Assembly: GCA_038087875.1 (NCBI GenBank) | Contig: CM075991.1 | Location: forward strand, 11,038,001-11,102,000 | Reading direction: 5' to 3' | DNA: 64,000 bases | Origin: Malacoraja senta | Lineage: Eukaryota | Shown here: piece by piece, positions 1 through 10,516 of the stretch | How the letters are laid out: the number at the start of each line of letters is the position of its first letter | How positions within the stretch are numbered: position 1 is the stretch's first letter | The notes under the pieces: generated by a model | Told to the model about the DNA's origin: nothing | The model's input: the letters and a program-made list of their open reading frames with translations, nothing else | Databases searched by the model: none | Position numbers and translations under genes: made by a program

Positions 1-292
1 AATCAAGCCTTGAGTATGAGCGGATGAAATGGAAGGTCTTAACATGCACTGTTAATGAAGGTGTTTTGAAGAAAACAATTGTTTTCTGAGAAAAATGCAA
101 ATTATTTTAAAAATAGCCTGCGAATCTGGCTTTGGTTGATTAAGTCTGGTTGTTTAATTAAACGTAAGGGCAAGAGTGTGCTCGACCTGGGTGTCCCAAC
201 AGACCATTCCATTCCGTATAAGAAAGGTCTCAGGTAAGCACATTGACGCCATTCAGACAGAGCCTGATGGGCAGCTCTCCTTGATGCACCAC

Positions 293-2629
293 ATGGGCTA
301 TCCGGTCATCTTTGTGTTTGAGCGCATCTATTACCCTATTCTTGCAACAGTCGGCATCACTGGTAAGGATATGGAACCTTTTTTGTACATTTTTGTGATC
401 GATTTATAAATGTTTGCCTTTCTTCTCTTTCACTGCAAAATCCAAACGTGTTTTTGATTGCTACCCACTCCCCTTCTTAACACGCTTACCTCGGGCACGG
501 GAGATGCAACCTCTGCCCTTTCGCCTCTTTTCTTCCAACCAGGGTCACACACAGTTTTTTTCCAAATGAAGCAGCAATTCACTTAAGATAGACACAAAAT
601 ACTGGAGTAATGAAGCGGAACCGGCAGCATCTCTGGATACAAGGAATGGGTGACGCTTCGGGTCGAGACCCATCTTCAGACTGAATAAGATCATCCTCCT
701 GTGGGCAATATATGCTGTACTTCCTTAAAATGGCGAATGACAAACTACAATTTCACAGACAAGTATTACACCAACCCGATAAACATCGACCAGCAAACAG
801 TGTTCATGTTGCATCTACACAAACACTTGTATCTATGGACTGACACAGAGGAAGTCTTCAGACTGAAGAAGGGTCTCGACACGAAACATCACCCATTCCT
901 TCTATCCAGAGATGCTACCTGTTTGGCTGAGTCACTCCGGCATTTTGTGTCTATCTTCGGTGCAAACCAGCATCTGCAGTTCCTTCCCACCACCAATTCA
1001 CTAACTTCTTCCAATCGAGTGCACTGTGTTAAGGTGTTCTCGATATGACCTCTTCAGCATTGGAGAAACCACACGTAGATGGGTGAGCGCCTGGCCCGGT
1101 CACCCGCATTAGGTCTGTAAGTACAACCCCGAGCCTCCTACACTGTTCCAAGGTAAACACTGGAATCGTGAGCAGAACACACCAGTCTGAAGAAGGATTC
1201 ACAGACTCACAGAGAGTGGTGAGTCTGTGGAATTCTCTGCCTCAGAGGGCGGTGGAGGCAGGTTCCCTGGATGCTTTCAAGAGAGAGCTAAATAGGGCTC
1301 TTAAAATAGCGGTCAGGGGATATGGGGAGAAGGCAGGAACGGGGTACTGATTGTGGATGATCAGCGATGATCACATTGGATGGCGGTGGTGGCTCGAAGG
1401 ATCGTATGGCCTACTCTTGCACCTATTGTCTATTGACGATTGTCCATTCGCTCCACAGATGCTGCCTGGCCCGCTGAGTCTTGCTATTGTAATGTAAACT
1501 AGAAGACCAACAATGTATCTTCCACTGCAACCTTCTCAACTCAATAACAAATGCCACACCTTCATATAATCTGCTTTCTCTTTTCCTGATTCAGATCTGG
1601 GCAATCTATCCTTGATAATGGATTAGATTATATATGTTTCTATTTTTAAACCGCAAGAAATCAGTGATTTACGTTGTCACTGGTCTATTACAGTCTGGTG
1701 ATAATTTTCTTGTTTTCCTTTCTGTTGCAGTTAACTTGGTGGCGATCTTCATCCTGCGGCGGGGAAAATGCGGACTCTCCAAATGTATTACTCGCTATCT
1801 GGTTGCCATGGCGGTGGCCGATGTAATGGTGGTGACCGTCGAAGTCATACTGAAGCGGATTAACAACATTTACTTGCCGATAAATGTCTTGTTCATCACT
1901 CCAGTCTGTGCCATGAAACTAGTCATCAAGATTGCAGCCCTCGACTGTTCTGTCTGGTTCACTGTCGCTTTCACCTTTGATCGTTTTGTGGCCATTTCTT
2001 GTCCAAACCTCAGACCAAGGTATTGTACCGAGAGGACTGCAAGTGTGGTCATAGCAACAGTGTGCACGCTGGCCTGTTTGAGGAGTATCCCTTTTTACTT
2101 TATGTATGAACCCAAATTTATCATTAACAACATCCCGTATTTCTGCATTGAAACCGCTGCTTACTATACTTCGCCTCTGTGGGCGGCTTACGAGTGGTTC
2201 GACAGTATCTTAACCCCATTGGTACCAATCTTCCTCATCCTTCTGTTCAACGCCCTTACCATCAAACATATCATAAAGTCCAATAAAATCCGTAGGGCGC
2301 TCATGAGTAACGTTGATGAAGGCAAGGATTCTGAGAGCGAGAACCGTAAGAAGTCCATGATTTTGCTTTTTACTCTGTCTGCCAATTTCATCCTCCTCTG
2401 GGTAACATATGTTGTACATTCCTTAAACTGGCGAATGACAAACTACAATAACACAGACAGATATTACACCAACCCGATATTCATCAACCAGCAAACAGGG
2501 TTCATGTTGCAACTACTGAGCTCCTGCACCAACACATGTATCTATGGACTGACACAGAGGATGTTCAGACAGGAGCTGAAAAATGGGATGAAATACCTGG
2601 TTACACTGAATGGGCGACTCTGGAAATAG
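293..2629 (+). CDS. GPR139/GPR142-like class A GPCR, copy 1 (type A, most divergent); join(293..362,1731..2629), 322 aa
   Basis: ATG at 293 (in-frame upstream ATG at 284), G|gtaag donor at 362/363, ttgcag acceptor at 1730, open frame to TAG at 2629. Seven hydrophobic segments; LxxAD-like MAVAD in TM2, FTFDRF in TM3, TM3/ECL2 cysteines, LLSSCTNTCIY..RMFR in TM7/helix 8. Resembles GPR139 motifs from memory (TIDRY, SIPYYWW, NFFLY..KRFR). Confidence 0.88.
584..993. mobile_element. Composite Penelope-like insertion: inverted terminal-repeat copies (about 585-684 minus, 856-990 plus) enclosing a receptor exon-2 fragment
   Basis: The two halves are reverse complements of one repeat (ctgaagaagggtctcgac..gaaac..cacccattcc..agagatgct..cattttgtgtctatctt). 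A 9-bp direct repeat caattcact flanks the unit at 575-583 and 994-1002. Confidence 0.7.
691..855 (+). pseudogene. Degenerate fragment of receptor exon 2 (TM6-ECL3-TM7) inside the intron of copy 1
   Basis: Translates to WRMTNYNFTDKYYTNPINIDQQTVFML; aligns by eye to 2389-2566 with small indels. Confidence 0.85.
1205..1435 (+). mobile_element. CR1-clade LINE 3' fragment
   Basis: ORF2 C-terminal peptide QRVVSLWNSLPQRAVEAGSLDAFKRELNRAL, followed by 3' UTR ending cctattgtctattg. Confidence 0.75.
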
Positions 2630-2670
2630 GAATCTCCTGACATAAAGCTGTTTCCAGTATTGCATTCTTC

Positions 2671-2985
2671 TTTAGTTTGGTTTAGAGAGATGGCGCGGAA
2701 ACAGGCCCTTCGGCCCGCCGTATCCCTACCGTCCAACGACCCCTCTACACTAGCACTATCCTATATACTAGGGACAATTTACAATCTTTTACCGAAGCCT
2801 ATGAATCTACAAACTTGTACGTCTCTGGAGTATGTGTGGAAACCGGAGCACCCGGAGAAAACCCACGCGATCGCGGTCACGGGGAGAACGGACAAATCCC
2901 GTACGACAGCACCCGTAGTCAGGATCGAACGCGGGTCTCTTGCGCTGTAAGGCAGCAACTCTACCGCTGCGCCACTCTACCGCCC
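2671..2985 (-). mobile_element. tRNA-derived SINE
   Basis: The minus strand begins gggcggtagagTGGCGCAGCGGtagag...GTTCGATCCtgact (Pol III A and B boxes) and ends in a (ctaaa)-like tail. Confidence 0.8.
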
Positions 2986-3443
2986 AATTTGGCTGATTGG
3001 ATTCTTCCTTTCAGAACTATTTGCTGGATCATCAAACAGATCTAATAGTGGATTAACCATACACATTGGCAGAAATCCAGAAGCGAAGGGCAGAGAAGGC
3101 AGTTTTCCAGTAAACGAAATGACTTCTCATCAATCAGACGCAACAATATCTGAATGATTTGGAGTAAAGAATTATGAACACTGAGCAAATATCTAATCGT
3201 TTTGAACTTGATCATTTCCATTGTCATTCATTGGAGATAAGATTACGCAGAAGTGGACTGTAAATAGTCAATTGCAAGAAATGCTATGAAGTATTTTCAA
3301 ATAGTGAGGATAGTGGCGTTCACTCAAAGGAGAGTTGGAGGTGTGGGGGAACAGCCACATCTGGACCTCCATAGATGCAAAGAAATGGATAGAAGGTATG
3401 AAGATTGCTTCAGATACAGAGGACCCCATACAGGAGAAGCTGA

Positions 3444-3534
3444 AGGTAGACAAAAGTGCTGGAGAAGCTCAGCGGGTGTGGCAGCATCTATGGAGCGAAG
3501 GAAATAGGCAACGTTTCGGGCCGAACCCGTTCTT
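3444..3534 (-). mobile_element. Short Penelope-like terminal-repeat insertion with hammerhead-like core
   Basis: 13-bp target duplication caggagaagctga at 3431-3443 and 3535-3547; paralogous empty site near 8690; minus strand reads ctgaagaacgggttcggcccgaaacgtt. Confidence 0.7.
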
Positions 3535-3654
3535 CAGGAGAAGCTGAGGTGAATGCAAAAAGAAAATTAAGAAAGCCTGCATTAGCCCTCATTGTAATGG
3601 TACCTTGAAGTTCCTGGCACCGTTTTTTTTTTACTGCGGTAACAAGTATATTGA

Positions 3655-4200
3655 GGACACAAGGCGGAGAGAGGTGCGAGGGGATGGGGTGGGGTCGAGG
3701 GGGTGTGAGAGAGTAAGGTGGGTGAGTAGGAAGAGAGGGAAAGAAAAACAGATAGAAAGACAGAGAAGTGAGTCGGGTGGGAGAGATTGAGAGAGAGATG
3801 AAGACGAAGGGAAGAGGGGGAAATGGAAGGGTATAGAGAGGAGAAAGAGAGAGAGGGAGAAAGGTGGAAGAGAGGGAAGTGAGAGAGGGGGGGACAGATT
3901 GTTACATAGAGAGAGAGGAGCAAAAGAGGACCAGACGCGGAAGTGGCAACAGAGAGCTGAAAGAGGGAGGGGAGAGAAAGCGAGAGGAGGGAGAGAGAAA
4001 GGAGAGAGAGAAAATGGAAGGGAGAGGGCAAGAGAGAGGGTTGGCGAGAGAGAGGGGAGAGCGAGTCAGGCAAAGGTCCCAGGGAGAAGGGAACGGGATG
4101 GAAGGGAGGGGAAAGGGGGTGGTAGAGTGAGGGAGAGAGAGATGAAAGAGAGAGAGAGAGAGAATAAGAGAGAAACCAGAGAGGGGGCGAGGTGAGGGTG
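3655..4200. repeat. GA-rich polypurine low-complexity tract
   Basis: Almost exclusively G/A on the plus strand. Related tracts at about 9851-10330, 17515-17790, 23160-23880, 28220-28810, 40855-41570, 45905-46500 and 59215-59490. Confidence 0.85.
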
Positions 4201-4769
4201 TGGGGACAAGTCAGGAGTGAGGATGAGGAAAAAAGAGATCTGTGTCAGGTTTAGAACAAGAAAGTCCATGAAAACCAGTAATTTAAAAGGTGAAAGCAGA
4301 TTACGGTTGGTGAAGCTAAAGGCTAATACATAATACGTCCAGAGAAGGAATAAGTCTCAAAAACAAGTTTACTCTCGCCTAAAGGAAAAGGGGGAGTTTA
4401 AAATGTAAAGTTGTCGAATTCAATGTTTCGAGTGAAAGGAGGTAAAATGCTCCATGGTGATTGATGATAATGCAATTCAATCTCATTGATCTAGTGATCG
4501 GCCATTGATCTCTTCCAAGTGCTATCGCAAAGTTTAAGAAACATTTGGACAGGTACATGGATAGGATAGGTTTGGTGGGATATGGGCCAAACGCAGGCAG
4601 GTGGGATTAGTATAGATGGGGCATGTAGGACAGCGTGGGCAAGTTTCCACACTGCATGAGTCTATAACTCTGTGACTCTCTATTGACGACGCCAATATTC
4701 ATGCGGCAAATACGCCAATTCTGAATAAAAGCGATGTTGCCAACATTCGTCTAACAACTGATCAACGTC

Positions 4770-5346
4770 TGTAGGAAAGAACTGCAGGTGCTGGTTTAAA
4801 TCGCAGATGGACACAAAATGCTGGAGTAACTCAGTGGGACAAGCAGCATCTCTGGAGAGAAGGAATGGGTGACGTTTCAGGCCGAGACCCTTCTTCGGCT
4901 CCCCCTTCCCAGTTCTCCTACCAGTCTTGCTATCTCCGACTACATTTTATATTTGTGTTTAAGAAGGAACTGCAGATGCTGGAAAATCGAAGGTAGACAA
5001 AAGTGCTGGAGAAACTCAGCGGGTGCGGCAGCATCTATGGAGCGAAGGTCTCCCTCAACCCTCTGGCCCCTCCTCTTCCTTTCTCCTTTCTCCTTTCTAC
5101 TACCCCCCCCCCACCCTACACCAGTCTGAAGAAGGGTTTCGGCCTGAAACGTTGCCTATTTCCTTCGCTCCATAGATGCTGCCGCACCCGCTGAGTTTCT
5201 CCAGCACTTTTGTCTACATTTTATATCTGTACCGCCCACTCCCCTGACATCAGTCTGAAGAAGGGTCTCGACCCGAAACGTCACCCATTCCTTCGCTCCA
5301 GAGATGCTACATGTCCAGCTAAGTTACTCCAGCATCTTGTGTGTAT
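4770..5346. mobile_element. Nested Penelope-like inverted-repeat insertions
   Basis: Outer 14-bp TSD aactgatcaacgtc (4756-4769, 5347-5360); empty paralogous site near 14305-14320. Inner insertion at about 4953-5213 bounded by ctacattttatat (4940-4952, 5214-5226). Both layers consist of inverted copies of the repeat. Confidence 0.75.
5251..5286 (+). ncRNA. Minimal type I hammerhead ribozyme-like motif (Penelope-type)
   Basis: CUGAAGA (5255-5261), extra A, stem II GGGU-CUCG-ACCC, GAAA, palindromic ACGU in place of stem III, GUC cleavage triplet at 5280-5282. Stem I is only 2 bp (GU/AC), so activity is doubtful. Confidence 0.55.
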
Positions 5347-5588
5347 AACTGATCAACGTCGCTCCGTGTGTTACCTTCTGATATGAATAAACTTTGAGCA
5401 TTTGTGTTCATTCTACTAGCTTCGATTCTGGGCTGTCTTCAAAAAGGTCAGCGCCTTTTTCAGCCCACATGATTTCAGATACGATTGGTCTGCAAATCAG
5501 AGTAAAAATCCCCAGACCTTTTGATGTGGCAGCTTTGTGGGGATTTATTTGGAAAATTTGTGTCTTCTGAATAAAATACAAAACAACT

Positions 5589-5775
5589 TTAAAATAGCCT
5601 ATAAAGCAGCTTCTGCGGTTGGTTCATTAAGTCAGGTTATTTAATTAAATATAACAGAGTGCACTCCAACTAAGTGTCCCAGCAGACCTTCCATTTTCAT
5701 ATAAGGGAGGTCTCGTGTAACCAAACTGACACCGTGCAGACATCGCCTAATGGGCAACTGTCCTTGACGCATAAC
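5589..5775 (+). promoter_or_regulatory. Conserved proximal promoter/5' leader block, repeated before every copy
   Basis: TTAATTAA at 5641-5648 and TATAA at 5700-5704, 76 nt before the ATG. The same motifs occur in divergent copy 1 (154-161; TATAA 217-221, also 76 nt before its ATG). Confidence 0.5.
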
Positions 5776-8136
5776 ATGGGCTATCCGGTCATCTTTGTGT
5801 TTGAAAGTATCTACTATCCTATTCTTGCAGCAGTCGGCATCACAGGTAAGGAATGGAACCAGTCACTGTGCATGTTATTGTGAATATTCCTAAGTTCATG
5901 AGTTCTTAAGGTCTCGGTGCAGAATTAGGCAATTTGACCCATCAAGTCTACTCTGCCATTCAATCATGGTTGATCTATCATTCTCTCTCAGTCCCATTCT
6001 TCTGCCTTCGCCCCGTAACCCCTGACACCTTTACTAATCCAGAATCGGTCAATCTCCTTCTTCTTCTTGTCGAGTCCACACACAATATTAGTTGTTCATC
6101 CAGAGCTAAACACACTTCTCGGCATTTGCATTCAATGGTGCCTGTCTTGTCGCTTCTTGTGCTTCTTGTGCGTGGTGGTGGAAAGATTGATGGAAACAGG
6201 GCTGCGACGTGAACGCTCTTTCCTTGACCGCAACCTCCATCATAAAAATATCCATTGACTTGGCCCACACAGCCGTCTGTGGCAATGACGTGTACACAGA
6301 TTCACTACCCTTGTGTGAATGGTGTGTACATGTGTCCCTTCCTTATCTTTCATCACAACATCCAAACATTCATTGTTATAGGATGGAAGCAAAGAGCATA
6401 TGTGTATCAGAGATGTTTTACAAACGTGATGTACTTCCACTACCTGTAATAAGAGGCTACCACGAGAACACCTTCCCTTTCCTGCAGCATCTGAAGGACA
6501 TGTTTCTCACCCAATCTCTGGTACATAATCCCATCTTCACCAACAAGCACACTGCTTTGCTCAGCACTCTCATGTAATGGCTTCATCTGGCCTTTCATTT
6601 CCCCCATCCTACCAGTCAGGGTCCCAAATACATCCTGAATGGGTCTTCTGGACAAAGCAAAATAATGCATTGTATTTCTTCCCAATTGGTGTCCCATTTT
6701 CAGTGTTTGGTGATTTGGAATCTTCTACATTACATAAACCAAATGTACATTTCATGACCATTGTAGCACAGCTACTGCCTCACAGCTCAAGCTACCCATG
6801 TCCAATACCAAATGTTATTGCTGGCTGCGAGGAGTTTGCATGTCCTCCTTTAGATTTCCGTCCTTGCAAATTAACATTCTTTATTTCATTTCCCCGTTTG
6901 GACAAAAGTGTCGAACTGAAATATTTCTCTCTCCATAGACGCTACCTGTTTTCGGCATTTTCTGTCTTTATATTAAATTACCTATACTTCTTAAATTCAT
7001 ACGTTTCTCGAAGCAGCAAGAGCCCATTTGGCCCATCAAGTCAAATCCGCCATTCAATTATGACAGATCTGACTTTCCCTCTCAACCCCATTCTCCTGCC
7101 TTCTCCCCATTACCGCTGACACTCATACTAAAGGCAGTTTGTTCTACACTTTTCAGGAAGCAAGTAATCTGTTTCTGAGGCTGGCACTGATTTATTTCCA
7201 GAATCTGGTCATAATTTATTTCCCCTTTTTGTTGCAGTTAACTTGGTGGCGATCGTAATTCTGTGCCGGGGTAAATGCGGACTCTCCAAATGTATTACAC
7301 GCTATCTGGTTGCCATGGCTGTGGCCGATGTAATGGTGGTGATCGTCGAAGTCATCCTGAAGCGGATTAACAACATTTATTTGCCGATAAATATTTTGTT
7401 CATCACTCCAGTCTGTGCCATGAAACTAATCTTAAAACACGCCGCCCTGGATTGCTCTGTCTGGTTCACTGTCGCTTTTACCTTTGATCGTTTTGTGGCC
7501 ATTTCCTCTCCAAACCTCAGACCAAGGTATTGTACCACAAGGACAGCAAGTGTGGTTATAGCAAGCGCGACGGCACTGGCCTGTTTGAGGAGCATCCCTT
7601 ATTATTTTATGTATGAACCCAAATATATGATTAACAACATCCCGTATTTCTGCGTTGAAACCGCTGCCTACTATACCTCGCCTTTCTGGTTGGCCATTGA
7701 GTGGTTCGACAGTATCCTAACCCCATTGGTACCAATCTTCCTCATCCTTCTGTTCAACGCCCTTACCGTCAAACATATCATAAAGTCCAATAAAATCCGT
7801 AGGGCGCTCATGAGTAACGTTGATGAAGGCAAAGATTCTGAGAGCGAGAACCGTAAGAAGTCCATGATTTTGCTTTTTACCCTGTCTGCCAATTTCATCC
7901 TCCTCTGGGTAACATATGTTGTACATTCCTTAAGCTGGCGGGTAAAAAACTATAACTACACCGACAAGTATTACACCAACCCGATATACATCAACCAGCA
8001 AACAGGGTACATGTTGCAACTACTGAGCTCTTGCACCAACACGTGTATCTATGGACTGACGCAGAGGATGTTCAGACAGGAGCTGTACAATGGGGTGAAA
8101 TATCTGGTTACACTGAATGGGAAACTCTGTAAATAG
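5776..8136 (+). CDS. GPR139-like GPCR copy 2 (type B-related); join(5776..5845,7238..8136), 322 aa
   Basis: Same 70-nt exon 1 and 899-nt exon 2, canonical GT-AG phase-1 intron, intact frame. Confidence 0.88.
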
Positions 8137-9043
8137 GAAGCTACGGACATAAAGCCGTCCCGGTGTTGTAGTGTCTCTTCCTGCTAATCGGATTCTATTC
8201 TTCAGAACTGGAAGCTGGGAGATGAAACGGATCTATTAGTGGATTAACCATACACATTGGTAGAAGAAACCAATGAATTGGTACAGCCCCTCGCATTAGA
8301 TTTGATATTAAAGTAACTCCTCTTATTTGACTAAATCAGAAGCAGAGAATAGAGGAATAAATAGGCAGTTTTCTAGTAAACAGAAGGAATTCACATCAAT
8401 CATATGCAAGAATACTTGACTGATTTGAAGTAATTAAGAACTGAGCAAATGTGTCATAGTTTTAAACTTGACCATTTCCATTCTCATTCAATTGAGATAA
8501 GATTATGCAGAAGTGGGCTGTAAATAGTCAATTGCAAGATAAGCTATGATGAATTTTCTAATAGTAAGGATAGTGAAGTCCATTCAAAGGAGAGTTGGAG
8601 TCGTGGAAAGCAGCCACATCTAGATCTCCATAGATGTAAAGAAATGGATCAAAATTATGGGGATTACTTCAGACACTGAGTATCTCACATAGGAGAAGCT
8701 GGAGGTGGATAGAATGTGCAGAAGTGAAGGTAGAAAGGAAATTCAGAGAGCGGACAGGGTACATTGTTGTGGCTTTCGTTGTAAATCTGTCTCACGTGCA
8801 AGGTTTTGTTCCACTTGTTGGGAGGGGAGATAAGAAAGGATAGGATGGTTCCTATCGGAAACCGAAGACCACTCAGGATTGGTGGAATGCGTATCAATGT
8901 GCATTCTGGATGAATCTTCATAGCAGGTCGTCAATGGTAAATTAATCATTTGGGGGGCACATGAATAGAGGGGGCACATTAATGGTTAAAGAGAAATTAA
9001 TTAAAGAGAAACAGATAGAAATGCAAAGAAGAGAGACAGGTGG

Positions 9044-9850
9044 TGTTGTACTTCGTGGTCCGGTATCTGTTTATTTCACGGCCATCTGGAACCAGAGTGC
9101 CTTGCCCATATTGGTTCATTCCCACATATACATGTTGCTACGAGTAGTCCTTGTGATATAACAAAGTACTCCTTGAAATATCACAACATCTCCCTTGTCT
9201 TACATAAAATAAAAAATATGCTTAACAAACAAAACTTTACACACAATTGCTTTTTACGAACACCAACATTCTTCAACAGTAATGATTATCAACTAACGTG
9301 CAGGTTTCTTACTAACACGTCCTGAACGTGCCACATATTCTCCATCAGTATTATGTGCCAGTCATTCCTCCTCTTTATATCTGGTCTCAGTCCTATTGTT
9401 GTCTGGGGTGACGCAGTGGGTACCAAAACCTGGTTCCTCCAGTGGAGGAACATCTCTCAACTGCACTCGATTCTGTCTTAATCTATTTCCATTTGGCGTT
9501 TCAATGATGTAAGATCTTGATTGGGGTTCGTCACAGATCGTTCTCACTTCTTCTGGTATCCAGATATGAGTTGCTTGATCCACAACCCGGACCTTCTGTC
9601 CAATGTGTAATGGTTTCAAGTCTTGTATCTTGACCGAATTGACAAAATCCGCCTTCATTCGCTCCTTTTTCTTTTCTTTTTATTTTAGGGGTTTGAACCT
9701 GAGCAAAAATCAAGGCTCTGTTTATTTCACGGCCATCTGGAACCAGAGTGCACTGCCCATATTTCGTCAATCCCACATATACATGTTTCTACGCAGGCAA
9801 ACAAAGTAGTCCTTGTGATATAACAAAGTAGTCCTTGCAATATCACAACA
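9044..9850 (-). mobile_element. Internally deleted Gypsy-type LTR retrotransposon (807 bp)
   Basis: TGTTG...CAACA termini; direct repeats 9044-9188 and about 9717-9850; 5-bp TSD ggtgg (9039-9043, 9851-9855); polypurine tract AAGGGAGA next to the 3' LTR on the minus strand. ORF 9362-9658 resembles a Gypsy integrase C-terminus (LKPLHIGQKVRV..W.P..V..RSYIIET.NG..LRQNR). Confidence 0.8.
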
Positions 9851-10516
9851 GGTGGTGGAGGAGGAGGGGTGGAGCGAAAGGGGCCTAAGGGAAGAGAGGA
9901 AAAGAGAAAGAGATTGGGAGAGGGTAGATGGAGAGAGGGATAAAGGAAGAAAAAGCGCGAGTGAGAAAGTGATGAAAATAGAGGGGAGTGAGAAAGGGGA
10001 GACTGATAGATGTATAGAGAGAGTGAAAGAGGAGAGAGTTAGGCAGAAAGAGAAATGGAGAAAAAATGGAGAGAGGGTAAGAGGGGTGGTGGAAGAGGGG
10101 GGAGGGGAGAGAGATGGAAGAGAGGATGGAAGAAGCGAGCGAGGGAAGGAGGTAGAGAGAACGGAGACTGGGGTACGAGGGTGAGGGGCAAGACTGAGAA
10201 GAGAAACTCGCGTGTGGAGAGACGGAGGAAGAAAGAGACAGAGAGAGGGGGAGGGAGAGAGAAATAGAGAAAGAACAATACACACAAAGAGGTAGAGAGA
10301 CAGAGAAAGAAAGAGAGGGAGAGATAGTTACAGGGGAGAACAGAGTGAAGCTTCAGATGAAATGTCCTCAACAGTGAATGAAAAGAACGATGTTCAAGGA
10401 ATCTCATAATTTACTGACGTGACTCAGGAAGCCAAACCAGACTGCGGAAGTCGTTAAAGGAGCTGCGGTGATACAGGGGAGTGCAAACTTACCGAGACTG
10501 TTCTATAATTCAGTAG

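Noticed and set aside
2188..2419. Recurrent antisense ORFs (MKLADRVKSKIMDFLR..., MLLKQASAVALA...)
   Set aside because: Shadows of the sense receptor frame, repeated only because the gene is duplicated; lengths vary and there is no independent coding signal.
2915..2985. tRNA-like sequence on the minus strand
   Set aside because: It is the head of a SINE, with body and tail attached, not a tRNA gene.
3582..4269. Glu/Arg/Gly-rich and Leu/Ser/Pro-rich ORFs of 60-186 aa
   Set aside because: Translations of GA/TC low-complexity tracts that lack stop codons by composition.
5674..5775. GTG-initiated longer exon 1 ORF (MSQQTFHFHIREV...)
   Set aside because: Non-ATG start spanning the putative TATA box, and interrupted by TAG in copies 7 and 10 (acatag).
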